Below are positions 35,386 to 47,613 of a stretch of DNA of 64,000 nucleotides, piece after piece. How positions within the stretch are numbered: the stretch's first letter is position 1; the number at the start of each line of letters is the position of its first letter. The stretch is from Fistulifera solaris (lineage: Eukaryota). Under the pieces are notes generated by a model. The model made no database searches. It saw nothing but the letters and a program-made list of their open reading frames with translations, and was not told the DNA's origin. The stretch covers positions 124,001 to 188,000 of the forward strand of contig AP026131.1 of the NCBI GenBank assembly GCA_030295235.1. The letters run 5' to 3'. A program made the translations under genes and the position numbers.

Positions 35386-36155
35386 TGAACAAAGCTGCCG
35401 CATTCGTTGCTGCTTTGCGACAAACACAGTCTGAGCAGCTGCTTAAGTTACTTGGAAAATGACGAAGTGTGTGCATGGTCTGTTTCTTATCCGCGCCTAT
35501 GGTTTGAGTGATGCTAGCTTGATAAAACTTGTAGGTGGCGGATGTATTTAACTAAATATAGAAAGAGGAATAAGCTGGTTGACGACTTTGCGGATATTCA
35601 AGCCGGAAGTTATCGTTTTGAAAGCTGTTTGTCGGTTTGATTGAATTTTCAGGCGTCGAGACAAAAGGATGCGTGAAGATGATGATTGATCGAATCCATT
35701 TTTGGTGCCTTGAAAAACGTTCCCTACGCGTTTTGAGCGGCAAGCACAGAATATACGTTCGATCATTCAAAAACAAGATCGTGGCGAACCTGATCGCTGG
35801 AGCTCTATCTTCCATCGTCAACTGAGACTTGTATTAAGCCTCAATCCTTCATCCTATTCCGGGTTCATACAGTTGTTCGAACTCCCGTCATCCAAAACTC
35901 TTTATGGAACCTTAGTCCATTTCTTTCCATGTTGTAATTTAAATTTGCCGCACAGAATCGTCGGAGCGCAAGATTCAAGGGCTGTAGTTTTTCTCCTCAT
36001 TTGAATTGCAAGTCAAGTCGACAGCAAAAGTATGAAAACGAACCAGTAATAGTAATTAATGAATAAACTCGTTTTAAGCGTCATTTTATGAAAACTGGTG
36101 TTCGAATGCAAGAGGGAGGCGTCTATTCGGACAGAGTGTCCGCCCGCTAAAGGAG

Positions 36156-37587
36156 CTAATGCCCCAAGTCTTCGCCTTTTTGAACAGAAGGATAGATTAC
36201 TCCTAAAGTACCGACAATCACCATAAAGTTTCCCACCCATCCCATGGGTCCAGGTAGCTCGCCGACGCCCACTGCAATTGCAATCAGAGTAGCAATCATT
36301 GGTTCGAGTAATGTTGCGACGGCAATGACAATATTCTCAAAGTGTTTCATAGCTCGCACGAACCCCATCGTTCCAACTACATTGCAGATCAAAGCGATGT
36401 AAAGAGAACAAGGATTCGACTGTGGAACAGATTGGCCCATCCGAAAAGACCGAAGTAAGGATCGTTGTTCCATTGAATGTCGACTCTGGTTATGAGCATG
36501 AACAGAAGCACAAGAAACGAACCACAGAACATGATCATGAACATGAAAACAGTCACGGGAAGGTCGGCTCGAAGGACTTTGGCAAATGTCAAGTATCCCA
36601 CTCCCATGATTCCTGAACCGAGAGCCAGCAGATCCCCCATGGCGGCGGAAGCGGCAGTATCGTTGACGTTGCTGTTTGCCGCCGACTCGCGGGCTTCGTC
36701 CGTGGAACACAGCATGCAACCCATAAATGCCAAAACGACTCCCCCACCTTCCATTGGAAGAACGGATTCACCGACAAGAAATTTCCCTAATATCAGTAGA
36801 ATCGCTTGTGAATTGGCGCTGCAAGCGAAGAGCACGAGGAGTAAGAGGCACATTTTCGACATTCGCAATTGCATTTTTCGTCCGACGCAACCTACCCAAT
36901 GACCGCATTCCCAATGGAAGTAAGTTCGAGCGCCAGGACCAATAATAGAGCGTAACACGTAAACGAAATGCACGCCGCAACAAAAGTTACCCAGAGTGCT
37001 CCATTTAAATGAGGCAGACCTTTCTTGCGAATTGTTTTGCAAACAAACGGCAACAAGACAATACACGTGCATATCATCCGCCAGTATAGTTTCAAAGGAG
37101 GAGGTACGTTGTCGAGAAGCGCTAACGCAGTTCCATTCGAAGATACACTCAAGACTGCCGCCACCAAACCCACGGCGGGTAAGAATGCGTTCTTTTCCGA
37201 TTGAACTTGTATACCAACCGCTTCCTCCACCAAATCCGGTATCGTTTCTGGTACAACGGACAACGAACGCGTCATGGACATGTCTAAAAAGTACGTTTTC
37301 CCTTCATCCGCATCACGAAGTTCTTGCTCCCAAGTGGCGCGAAGCAATTCCGCTTCCAATTCAATTCCTTCTTGAATTCCAATCAATCCGTTTCCCAAAC
37401 TCCCCGAAAAGGACTGAAAGAGTTCGCCGAAAGATGCCCGTTGTCGATGACGCCGTCCTTCGTGTCGTTGTCCTGTGGGGATACCGACAAACAGTGATTG
37501 TGTCTGACGATGTTTTCGTTTCGGGGGCGCGTGCAGCGGATGCAATAAAGCATCTTTTTCACTTAATGGCTGTTCGTCCCGTTGCAT
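36156..37587 (-). CDS. EamA/DMT-family transporter; intron 36818-36895; frameshift ~36400
   Basis: About 10 hydrophobic segments with ALELTSIGNAVI, GDLLALGSG, TLLEPMIATLI. Confidence 0.8.
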
Positions 37588-38096
37588 GATTGTTTCTTTC
37601 TTGCTTGTGGGTGTCTTGTCGTGAGTTAGATTGCGTTTTTTTAAAGTATGATGTATGAAAGATAGAAAGATATTCACCTTTGAATGAAAGAAGACGACGA
37701 TGCGGCGCCTGGAACCGTTTTTGTGAAAGATGTCTGGTTCGTGTTTCTTTAGAAAAGGATGAGGCGCAAGTTCTTCTAAAACGACTCTCTGTGGTAGAGT
37801 AGTATCGACCGTAATAAAGGAAAACCGCAATGACACTGTCGAGGTGCACACTCGCTCGCGCGTTTTTTTTTGGTGGGAGATTTTTGGGACTTTTTCGCAT
37901 GCTTGTTGTTATTGATGATAATATTGTTGTGTTGTTGATGATTGATGACTATCGTATTAGTATAAATTAGCAATTATAAAGGAACGGGCAGCCGTGTTAC
38001 AAATCTGAACTCCCATTCCTTAGTTTGCAGAACGGCGAGTCAACAACAACACGAGTGATCACAAAGATATTTACCTTCGATTGAAACAACAAGAAA

Positions 38097-38350
38097 ATGA
38101 TCATTGATGCCAAGGCGATCGTCTTCACAATTCTCATAGTAAGCGTCGGAGCCTATTTTGCGTTAAAAGTCATCCGTGCGTTTGCTCTGCAAATTGCAAG
38201 AGAAAATCATGACGCTATAATGGCACTCGATCAAACCGAAGAACAAGATCGGAAAAGAGAGTTGCGGCAGCGGATGCCGCCGAGAAAATGGCGTTTGCGA
38301 AAGTGCAACCAATATTGACAAACCCCACGGGTGCAAACGCTATATAGAAG
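38097..38350 (+). CDS. Small single-TM protein of unknown function; probable frameshift ~38265
   Basis: ATG after an A-rich leader, hydrophobic AIVFTILIVSVGAYFAL, then a charged helical segment. Confidence 0.45.
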
Positions 38351-38445
38351 AAGCTCCTTATAGAGAAGGAGCACTCTGGTTGATGTATCTCTTAAATAAA
38401 CTATACAAAGAAGAACGTTATGGGTCGGGAAAGTATGAATTATAG

Positions 38446-41445
38446 CTATAACACAGGAAGGTTCGTTCTGCAGATAGGGCATTCCATTTTCACATCCATC
38501 CATTGCACAAGACATTCGCGATGAAACAGATGATTGCAAGGAGCCAACATATACTCGGATCGTTTTTGAATATCAATCCCTTCGTAACAGATACTACACT
38601 CCAAGCCATGCACCTGAATGGCATTCGAAACTGCTGTTGATCCTACCAAAGGGCTGCCATTCAAACCAGTTGTGTGCTGTTCTGTTGTCATTCCCTCTGC
38701 TCGTGATATAGCGCGATTTCCTCGCATACGATTCCGAGTGGTCATGGCTGTCTTGTGTCTTCCGCTCGGCGAATCGCTGGATAAAGATTGCTCTATGGAA
38801 AATTGAGGCGCTGCATCACGGTCTTCCATCGCTTCAGTAGCTGGTACATGCGGATCCAGAGCACCAGGCGGTAACATGGAAGCGGGGATGGGTCGACTGT
38901 AGTCGAATTTTGGCGGAAGACATCTCGCTGGTATCATAAATCGGGCACCATACTTGCGTTGTCCGTACAGAACTGCTGTCTGGAGACCGACCCAAAGCAC
39001 CAACAGATAACAGGTAAAAGTATCATGCGGGGCCTCTGGATACACTTCTTTCAAAAAGTTGCTTTGTAAAGCATAATAATACAGAGGAGCGAAAATACGC
39101 GTTACGCTCATACCCAAAATGTAGGAATTGTGCAACGGAGTCTTGGCCTCCGTATAGATATTCAAGATGATCTGGGGAATCCAGAATGAGAACAATGCCA
39201 AGATATACAAAGCTCGATACTTGTCATTGACGTAGAAGAAAAGCACAAAAGTTCCGGCCAAGACAGTATAAAACCTCAAGTGAAGTAATGCAATTTGCCG
39301 TCTCAAAACATCCACTGGTTGACCACCGTTTGAACTATTTCGCGCCTGAATGATAATTGCCATGTACTTCATTTGAATAACACAAAAGATTAAAAGCTTG
39401 AAGAAAGCAACACTGGCAAATGCAGAAAATAGAGGCTGAATGGACAAGCTCATGTAAATATGCATTATGCACAGGAGTGCGTCCAGCAGTGTCTGCCACC
39501 CGACACAGAGGATCGAGACGCGTGTTGCTGCAGAAACGCCCTGAGAGTGAAGAACTTGCCTCAACAAAACCAGCATTTGTGTTAAACATATCAGCATCAT
39601 CACAAACGAGTAGTTGATCGCTTTGCTTGTCGCGGCTTCCCAATCTGTTCGGAGAGCCGTTGCGTTTAGTGTTGCATTAAAGTTACAATTCCGCGAATGA
39701 ATAGTGCCCACGAGTGTCATAACAACAGCCTGGTCTTGAATCGGTTTACCCCAAGATCCACGTAGATGCATTGGAGTATCCGCTGTATCAAAATTGTCTT
39801 CCGTATCGTCCTTCTGCAGTGGGTTCAACCGTTTGGTATCCATTACTTTTCGACTGACGAGCTGTCTCCACGCCCCTACAGTCCAATCCACCGTTCCGAC
39901 ATCAAGGCTGATTTCAAAGCCACATCCTGCTGCATTTAGTTCCAAGTCTTTTTCTCGCGCCGGCATTTCTCTGGCAGCAGGCGTCTTCACACGTCGTATC
40001 GTTTCTTTAGCGTCATCGCGAACGAATGGGTACGGCAATACAGCGTCGGACCAGTCGGACGTTGCCTGGAGGTGGCGATCTTGGTTGCTTGTGCGCAAAG
40101 CATTATTCAGCTGTTGCAAGGAGAGTTCGTCGGCCAAAGGTTTTAACTCTAGTGCATGTTCCTGTATAGATTTGACGCTTTGATCTGCAAAATCGTTGGC
40201 GGAGACCAAACTCCAGTCAACGGCCGCCTTTCCTACCGACTCAGAGAAGAGGACGTGAGCGTCCTCACGAATCACATTGATGTCGGCATTGTCGAGATTC
40301 GCCAGTGTTTCTTCCAGTCGACGCTTCGCGGCTTCTCGTTCGTCTCCCGGCACATACATGACAGACTGTGACACTTCTGTCGATGATACGAGCGAGAGAC
40401 GACCGATCGAATGTATCAACACACCCCGCACGCGAAGCAAAATATCTTTTCTCGTAGAATACCCAATACTGTTTGAATCGTAAATTTTGATGAACCCATC
40501 CACCAAGCTGAGTTCTTTCATGGCCGGAACAGATCGCGAGAAGAATTGAAAGACTGCACGCCCCGAATCTTGTGTCAATGGTATCGCCACGGGAAGGTCA
40601 CTGGATGGGGGTGCCACGTTGGAATCTGACCGGACGATCGCATTGTGTCCGTCGGTTCTCAAATCTTCCCATCGCATTGATGTCAAATTGTTATCATCTC
40701 TCATTCTTACGTCCAAACCGTAAGGAAGAAGAAAGACACCTAATCGATCACCGTGCAGCATGGCTATTTTCTCCATACGTTCTTCCAATGATTTCGCGTC
40801 GTAAGCAACAGTAGCCACGGGTTGTGATGTCGAATCTTGACTATGTTCCGTGACGTGATGCTGTTCACCCCACTCCGAGGACTGATTGAAGGGCAAGCGC
40901 ATCCACTGTCCCCGATAAAAGCCAGTAGCATTCCACGGATAATGGAAGACTTTCCGAGCGTCATCAGGATCACTATCAGAACCCGGCTGAAAACGACTGG
41001 ATCTCTTGGCACTTTCCGGAAACTGATCCTTCTCCTGTTCGGCTCGTTGTTCGGCCCAATGGTAGACACTGCTTTCCATATCCTCTTTTCCGTTCATCTC
41101 TACTAATGCCGCATACCGTTTGTGACCTTTGACGTAGGACCGAATGCGCTGTTCTTGAATTTGTCTAGATTGAAAGACGTTTTCTTCTAATTTCTGCATT
41201 TTACTCCATTCTTTTTGCGATCGTTTGTGCATAGCATTCTTTCGTTGCTGTCCTTCTTCTCCGTCCATGAGAAGCAACATCACCAAAAACATCATAAATA
41301 GACGTATTGTACGCTGCCTTCGTTCACGTTCTCTCCAAATTGCTGTGACGCTTTCGTCATTTATGGTATTATTGTTGTTGTTCGTCAAATCGAACTCAAA
41401 GACTTCGAGATCGTCCGGTTGCGGTGGGTCGTCCCCAATTTGCAT
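38446..41445 (-). CDS. TUL1/Dsc1/FLY-like multi-pass transmembrane RING-H2 E3 ligase
   Basis: Intact ~1000-aa ORF: luminal domain, TM block (KAINYS..AFFKLLIFCVIQMKY..FWIPQI..YGARFMIP), and C-terminal CSIC..APCNHLFHRECLVQWMDVKMECPICR. Confidence 0.88.
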   Translation of the reverse strand: MQIGDDPPQPDDLEVFEFDLTNNNNNTINDESVTAIWRERERRQRTIRLFMMFLVMLLLMDGEEGQQRKNAMHKRSQKEWSKMQKLEENVFQSRQIQEQRIRSYVKGHKRYAALVEMNGKEDMESSVYHWAEQRAEQEKDQFPESAKRSSRFQPGSDSDPDDARKVFHYPWNATGFYRGQWMRLPFNQSSEWGEQHHVTEHSQDSTSQPVATVAYDAKSLEERMEKIAMLHGDRLGVFLLPYGLDVRMRDDNNLTSMRWEDLRTDGHNAIVRSDSNVAPPSSDLPVAIPLTQDSGRAVFQFFSRSVPAMKELSLVDGFIKIYDSNSIGYSTRKDILLRVRGVLIHSIGRLSLVSSTEVSQSVMYVPGDEREAAKRRLEETLANLDNADINVIREDAHVLFSESVGKAAVDWSLVSANDFADQSVKSIQEHALELKPLADELSLQQLNNALRTSNQDRHLQATSDWSDAVLPYPFVRDDAKETIRRVKTPAAREMPAREKDLELNAAGCGFEISLDVGTVDWTVGAWRQLVSRKVMDTKRLNPLQKDDTEDNFDTADTPMHLRGSWGKPIQDQAVVMTLVGTIHSRNCNFNATLNATALRTDWEAATSKAINYSFVMMLICLTQMLVLLRQVLHSQGVSAATRVSILCVGWQTLLDALLCIMHIYMSLSIQPLFSAFASVAFFKLLIFCVIQMKYMAIIIQARNSSNGGQPVDVLRRQIALLHLRFYTVLAGTFVLFFYVNDKYRALYILALFSFWIPQIILNIYTEAKTPLHNSYILGMSVTRIFAPLYYYALQSNFLKEVYPEAPHDTFTCYLLVLWVGLQTAVLYGQRKYGARFMIPARCLPPKFDYSRPIPASMLPPGALDPHVPATEAMEDRDAAPQFSIEQSLSSDSPSGRHKTAMTTRNRMRGNRAISRAEGMTTEQHTTGLNGSPLVGSTAVSNAIQVHGLECSICYEGIDIQKRSEYMLAPCNHLFHRECLVQWMDVKMECPICRTNLPVL

Positions 41446-41860
41446 CGTGAATGTTTGTCGTATTCGTTTGTACAAAATTGAAAGTGAGACGTGAAGTCCG
41501 TCCTGAAAGCCTGAAAGGTTATTTTACTTGATTTGCTGGAATACCAATGATAGTTAACAAAATAGAACGTAAATCAATGATAATTGTTAAATGCTGTATG
41601 CTGTTCGTTCTTTCGTTTTTGACGATGTTGGTGCGTCAAAATGGCGATATGGCCGTTCGGTGTCCCGTTTTCATTGTGTAAGCAGTGCAAATGAAATGAA
41701 CCGGTACTCGATACCTATATTGAAACACGAGCTGAATGTCGTTCTGTGGTTTGTAATTTATCAGTCCATCCTAGCCATAGGCCATATCATAGCTATTATT
41801 ATTTTACAGTACCGAGAACATCTAGAAAAAACATTACGTAATAGCGTCTTCTTTATCTAT

Positions 41861-42367
41861 TCAAGTAAGCTGATTGTTCTCTTTGACTTGCTTGTATTTG
41901 AGGGGATCGGCCTTTCCCAAAGGATTCGCCCGCGCCCACTCTTGAATCTCATCCACAATCGTTCCTTTTAGTTCATCCGGAACGGGCAGACGCAATGTAA
42001 TAATGTTGTATATATCGATCGTTTCTTGATTTACAAATGATTCGTACTCGTCAAGTTGTTGCGCCGACAATTGCGGTACATTTTGGTGGGCCCATGTCCC
42101 CAACAACAAATCGACTTCCAACCATCCGCGTTGCTTCGAACGATAAATCAATCGCTTGCGACGGACTTGTAGTTCTTCTCCCTTATCGGGTAAATTCGGA
42201 AGACGCGTGTGCGATGTCATGATGGCTTCGGCGCGGGGCAGTGCTACTTGTAAGAGTGCTTCTTCGCGCGACGAAAGTGTGGGAGTGCCTTCGCCGGCTT
42301 GACCGCGATACGACCGAAACGCCAGTCGGCGGGTGTAGGTTCGTAGCAACGGCAGTGACTTAAACAT
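41861..42367 (-). CDS. SDHAF2: Succinate dehydrogenase assembly factor 2 (Sdh5)
   Basis: RRKRLIYRSKQRGWLEVDLLLGTWA motif and a mitochondrial-presequence-like N-terminus. Confidence 0.93.
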   Translation of the reverse strand: MFKSLPLLRTYTRRLAFRSYRGQAGEGTPTLSSREEALLQVALPRAEAIMTSHTRLPNLPDKGEELQVRRKRLIYRSKQRGWLEVDLLLGTWAHQNVPQLSAQQLDEYESFVNQETIDIYNIITLRLPVPDELKGTIVDEIQEWARANPLGKADPLKYKQVKENNQLT

Positions 42368-42746
42368 TGTATTTTATTAATTTTGTCGATACAAGGAAAT
42401 ATCAAGAGGATGGTTTGTGAATAAAACAAAACGAGGAGAAGTGAAGCGCGGCAGCAACGGCCTTTTGCTGACGCGGTCGCAGCGCAAGAGGATTGAAAGC
42501 GAGCTCAAAACTTTTCTATTGAATTTTATGTAGAATTGACAACAATTGCTATTAATGAAAAGTGTACATTCTTACAAGAAGTACTATGGTCTAAAATGTA
42601 GGTTTCACATAAAGTACACTTTCCGTATTCGGTGCGACACTGAGGTTGGCTTTGAATTTTGTTCCCTTCCAAGAACTTTTTCCTTTTGCTGACCATGGTG
42701 ATAAATACGGAGTAACTCGCCAGTTTTCTTATAAAGCAACACACGC

Positions 42747-44731
42747 ATGATAGGCTTCCGGAGGCATGATGCTCTTAGACTTTCTCTTCTTCTGTTCGTT
42801 CTTTTCAGTCACATCATGAGCGTGTTTGGTGACGAAGAAGAAGAGGAAGAAGATGAACAAAACAATGACTTCTTGTATGCTTCAGAGGATGCTCTGCCGG
42901 TGATAGAATATCAAGATAAAGACAACGGAGAGCAGCAAAGTCGTCCCGACTTTCTCTATGAATCCAGAAATGGCCCTCGTCTTGTTGTACGTATCTCGTG
43001 AAGACGACGCGATCTGCTGTTTTTCCTTTTCATGTCGCTCATACTCGTCGGCATTGTCGCTCAATTCTTTCTGTCGACCATCGTCTGTGATAAAGGAATT
43101 TTACGCTCCCTGGTGTCCGCATGTAAGTGCCGAGAAAAGCAAAGACCCTCGGGCGCAAAAGTATAACGCGACATATCTCAAAAGATTCTTCGTCCCTATC
43201 GCAGTGTCAACATTTTCGAGACCATTTCGTCGAATTTGCCAGACAGGTCAATGCCGTAACCGAAGAAGCCGGATCGGAATCCATTGCATTTTATGCCGTA
43301 TCATGTGTCGCACACAAGTCGCTTTGTCGTGGTATGTTCGCTGCTCGCTTCTTGTGCTTCTTTGTAAAGGGCTTCACAAGGATACTCACACGACCATAAC
43401 ATCTCAGATTTCTCCATAAAAGGATATCCACGTCTCCTTCTCTGTAGGTTTTCATGATGAAATCCCTGTATTCAGTGCACTCAACGTTGCTTACAATGTC
43501 TCTATAGTTCCAGCAGGAGTCGGAAAAGAGAATGCCATCGACATGAACTATTGGGAGCTACATCCTTTTGATCTGCTCAATCGTTTGGGAATTCAGGTTG
43601 AGGAAATGCATTTAGGTTCTATCGTAGATGCAATTTCTCCGGTAGCTCAGCTGAAAGGATCAGAAAACAGAATTCAGCCGACAGTTCTACGTACAAAGCA
43701 AGATATCTACAATGACGCATACTTGGCTTTCGACTTTAGTTTACGAAACGGCGTATTCACTTCGAGCAAATCCTTGACGAATAGCACAAAGCAAGCGTTA
43801 CACGAGTGGCTGGGTCTTTTACGACGATCGCTTCCTCCCGTTTGGAAAATTCATCGCACCATTCGTGCACTTTTGGATGACTTTGAAAGGGCCACGAGTA
43901 GCGAAGAGCAATTGCACCAAATCATGGATCAGTTACCGCCACCACCTGCCAAAGTTTGGTCGGACTTCTGCACCAAAGGAATTGCGGGAATGGGATATAC
44001 TTGTGGTCTCTGGGGTCTCTTTCATATCATGTCGGTAGGTGTCGTTGAATGGAACATGATGCTGGATGAAGACCAAGGTGAAATGGCTCTATCTCCAATT
44101 AACGCAGCTAACGTGCTGCGCTACTTCATCGCTAATTTCTTCGGCTGCGAAGTGTGCCGTACAAATTTTCTCGCATCTTTCGACGATTGTGCCTTTGATC
44201 GATGCAACCGGCTCACAGAGGACGATTTCGATTACGAACATTGGATACAATTTCCGATTTGGCTCCACGACATGCACAATGGAGTAAATTTGCGCTTGTC
44301 GAGAGAAGCTGCGGAGCGAGAAGGACGCTCTCCGTCTCACATCGACGAAACACGCTCTCAATGGCCTTCTCAAGCAGATTGCCCGAAGTGCTGGTACGAG
44401 GATGGTTCACGTGATGAATGGATTTACAAGTTCCTACGAGTGGAATATTGGTACGTGATCACGACGATGTTTGACGAATGTTTGACGAATGTTTCAGTAT
44501 TACTTAAAGGCATTCCATTGCAGGCCAGATGACTTTCTTACCACCGACTATAAAGCTGCTCTTCTGGAAAAATCTCATGATGAGATAGCCGATGATGATG
44601 TTTCAACCCCAACCCCTCTTCACCGCTCGAGGACTATTCCAGCAATTGTTTTTCTAGCTGTGGGCGCTTTTTTACAATTCAAGAAAATGAAGCGCTTCAA
44701 AACGGGAAGGCACAAGAAAATAGATCCGTGA
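42747..44731 (+). CDS. QSOX-like sulfhydryl oxidase (thioredoxin + Erv/ALR + C-terminal TM); introns 42987-43095, 43123-43204, ~43332-43407, ~43445-43508, 44451-44523
   Basis: Signal peptide, spliced EFYAPWCPH|C, GYTCGLWGLFH, FFGCEVCRTNF, WLHDMHNGVNLRL, QWPSQADCPKC. Confidence 0.88.
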
Positions 44732-44790
44732 CCGATCTCTGGTCAAACAATAGCACGATGATGTTCATCGTAACATGAAATAAAATGATA

Positions 44791-46961
44791 TTACAATTTG
44801 CGTTTCTTCGGTGCCATATGCGGGCCAAGATTCTTCGCTAACCATAATGATCGCTGAATATGGGGTGTTGAAATGCTCGTCTTCAGAAAGTAAAAGAGAA
44901 CGATCAAAGCTGTGGCCAAAAAGTACATCAATCCTCGATTCGCAGGCGTGTCACCCGCAAACCATATTAGACGGTTGTCCATATGATCAAAATCAAAGTC
45001 GAAATCAGGCCTGAATACTCAGTGTTAGAGATAGTTTTTGGTATTTGATTTTCACGTAGAACACAGTGCTCCTTGTTCCTTACCAGTAGGTCTCTTCCAA
45101 ACGTCGAAACACGGCTGCTTCGTTCCAAGTACCGTCAATGTTAAAACAGACCAAACAATCACTCATGTCGGGCCACAATGCCTGGATCGTTGTTTGAGGA
45201 GAAGCGATACCTGGACCAGCACCCGCTCGACTGAGAAACGCCTTTTGCTTTTTCTTCAGTTCCGCATCAGCCGCTTCATTTACAAGTTCCACATTCAGTG
45301 AGTTGTGGACTTCCCAAAACCACATGGCAAACTCTTTCCAGTCCTCGTCCGACGCACTGTACGTGTCGCTCGAAAGTCGAACACAGCGACGGTGTTTCTC
45401 GCAGTCATCATAGTCTTCTAAGAAAGACTGAGCACAATCTTCGCAATAAAAGAAATGAGCGATATAGTCGCGCACAGTGTCCGCTGCTTCTTCGGGGGAA
45501 AACGTTCTTGTGCCGACCGGTCGCACTTCGGTGTCAACCAAATTTAGGCCGCCTCTGTGTTCCGCAATACCGACCGAAATAACGTGGAACAATCTCCAAT
45601 GACCACATCCTACTTTTGCGGGTAATGTTTTATTCTTGATCCCACAGGTCGGACTAAAATACTTTCTTCGGATCTGATATCGGTCGACTACTTCTTTCAT
45701 ATTTTCGAAACGCTCCGAGATGTATGCTATATTCTGGCGCAAATCGTAGATAAGAGAATGAACAGCCCATTCGGGTGGCAAGGAGATATCGAGCAAGTCC
45801 AACCAATTGGTCAAAGCTTTCTGTTTTGCCGGTGTCAGCGATCCACCCTTTTTGAAGACGTTAAACGTTAGACCGTGCCAGATCGCCATGGTGCAATCCA
45901 GAATGAGTTGTTCTTCGGCGCCCATGCGAATGACGCGCTTTACAGCCGGAATTCGTTCCACGAGCTTTGTTTTCGTGACATCTTTCTGAAAGGCGGGTTT
46001 ACCAAGAGGAATACCAGGGCCCGCATCAAAAACAATTTTCTTGTTCTTCTTCTTTTGCTGTTTCATGAAGTTTATGTATTTACGTTTGCGTTCAAGAAAT
46101 TCCGCTGTCTGTACTTTGTTGCCTTTCATGGTCGGCGTGGCTCCTTCGTCTTCATCAATGGGCATGTTGGGCGGCCCTTTTTTGTTTCCGGCCCCTTTGA
46201 CTCCCTTCGGCTTTTGTTTCTGCAACTTGACTTTCATCTGATCTTTGAATTTGTCCATGTCACGTTGACGATTTTTCGCCAGAGCTGCTCCGGCCTTGGG
46301 ACGCGGGGGAGAATCGTTTGACAGATTGTCTTCATCGTCGGACGGCTTGTTGCTTTTTGCCTTGTCAATTTTATTGTTTTCGCCAGCCGGAACTTTCTCA
46401 ATCACTTCTCTCGCAGTATTCGACAGGATTTTTGATTCTGATAGCATGTCGTTGGGAGCATTCGCTGCAATAGGACGTACAGGCAAAAGATCAATGATTT
46501 TATCCCATTTCAGTTCCGATTGGCTGAGCGCAACAGCATTGTCTTTGACGGGCTCGGCTCCCGTTGGTACAACGAATATAGACGGGACACCACTTATAGC
46601 CCATTTCGAGCACAATGCCCTGTGTACAGCGCATGAAATAGCCTTGACATGAATTTCATTTCCGTGTTCTGCTAGCAAAGTCTTGGCAGCTTCTATATAA
46701 TGCGGCTTGAACGCTATGCAATGTCCCTAATATAAAAAGGTGGGAGTTAAGGCAAGTGCTTCGAGACTTACTTGTAGGAAACCGTGCAACTAGACAAGCG
46801 AAACTTACACAATAAGGGCTGTAGAACTCAACGAGCAAAATCTTGTCGTTGGTTTTCTCGAGTTCGCCAACATCTTCGACCTCGGGAACATCTCCGTAAA
46901 GGAACGCTTTGTCGGCCGAGCTCTTGGAGAGCAAAAGCAGCCAGAAAAGCAATCGTAACAT
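44791..46961 (-). CDS. Second QSOX-like sulfhydryl oxidase; introns 46727-46808, 45011-45083
   Basis: Signal peptide, spliced EFYSPYC|GHC, GCGHWRLFH, FFYCEDCAQSF, WFWEVHNSLNVEL, LWPDMSDCLVC, C-terminal TM and basic tail. Confidence 0.85.
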
Positions 46962-47613
46962 AGCGCCTTCAATACATAAATAGGTTCAAAAGTCGATTCG
47001 AATCTTAGCGTGAGAAAATAATCGCCTTCCTTTCTCAACTCCGTTATTACTTTGGCTTTGTCTTAATTATTGTCCTGGCAAATACCTGGTAACTTGCGAA
47101 CGGTCTGTCGCTGGCATTTTTCACCTTTTCGAAAACTGTAATATTCCGGAGTAGTTTGAAGTACTCTTACGTATCGTACTGGCACTAAATCCACCCAAGC
47201 ATGACAAAAAACTTTGCATTTGCTTTCCTTTAACAACTAGGATCCTCACAAATTCAGCTTGAAAGTGTGTTAGTAGTCTATCTGCCACACAATAAAAGGA
47301 TCATTATCAGCTAAAAACGTGAATTGGATGAATAATACAACACATCGAATGTCTACGTGAGAATTACGTACACCTCGTAGGGAAATTTATCGACACAGGG
47401 GGAACCCGGATAATGGGTAGGGGGTACCCGGATGTTACCGGGGTAAGCCGAAATAAATTATAAATACCAACGAGGTAATTTGGCAGGGACGATGGCGCAC
47501 AACTACGTTTTAATTTTTCCTTGTTGTGCTTTTTATCATTACGGGAAAGAAAATGATATTCTTAGGGTGCATGATGATTCATCACAGCGTATGTTTTCGA
47601 TTGATCGCTTCCT

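Noticed and set aside
35548..35825. Short ORFs between SPCS1 and the EamA gene
   Set aside because: Under 90 aa, on both strands, with no recognisable family.
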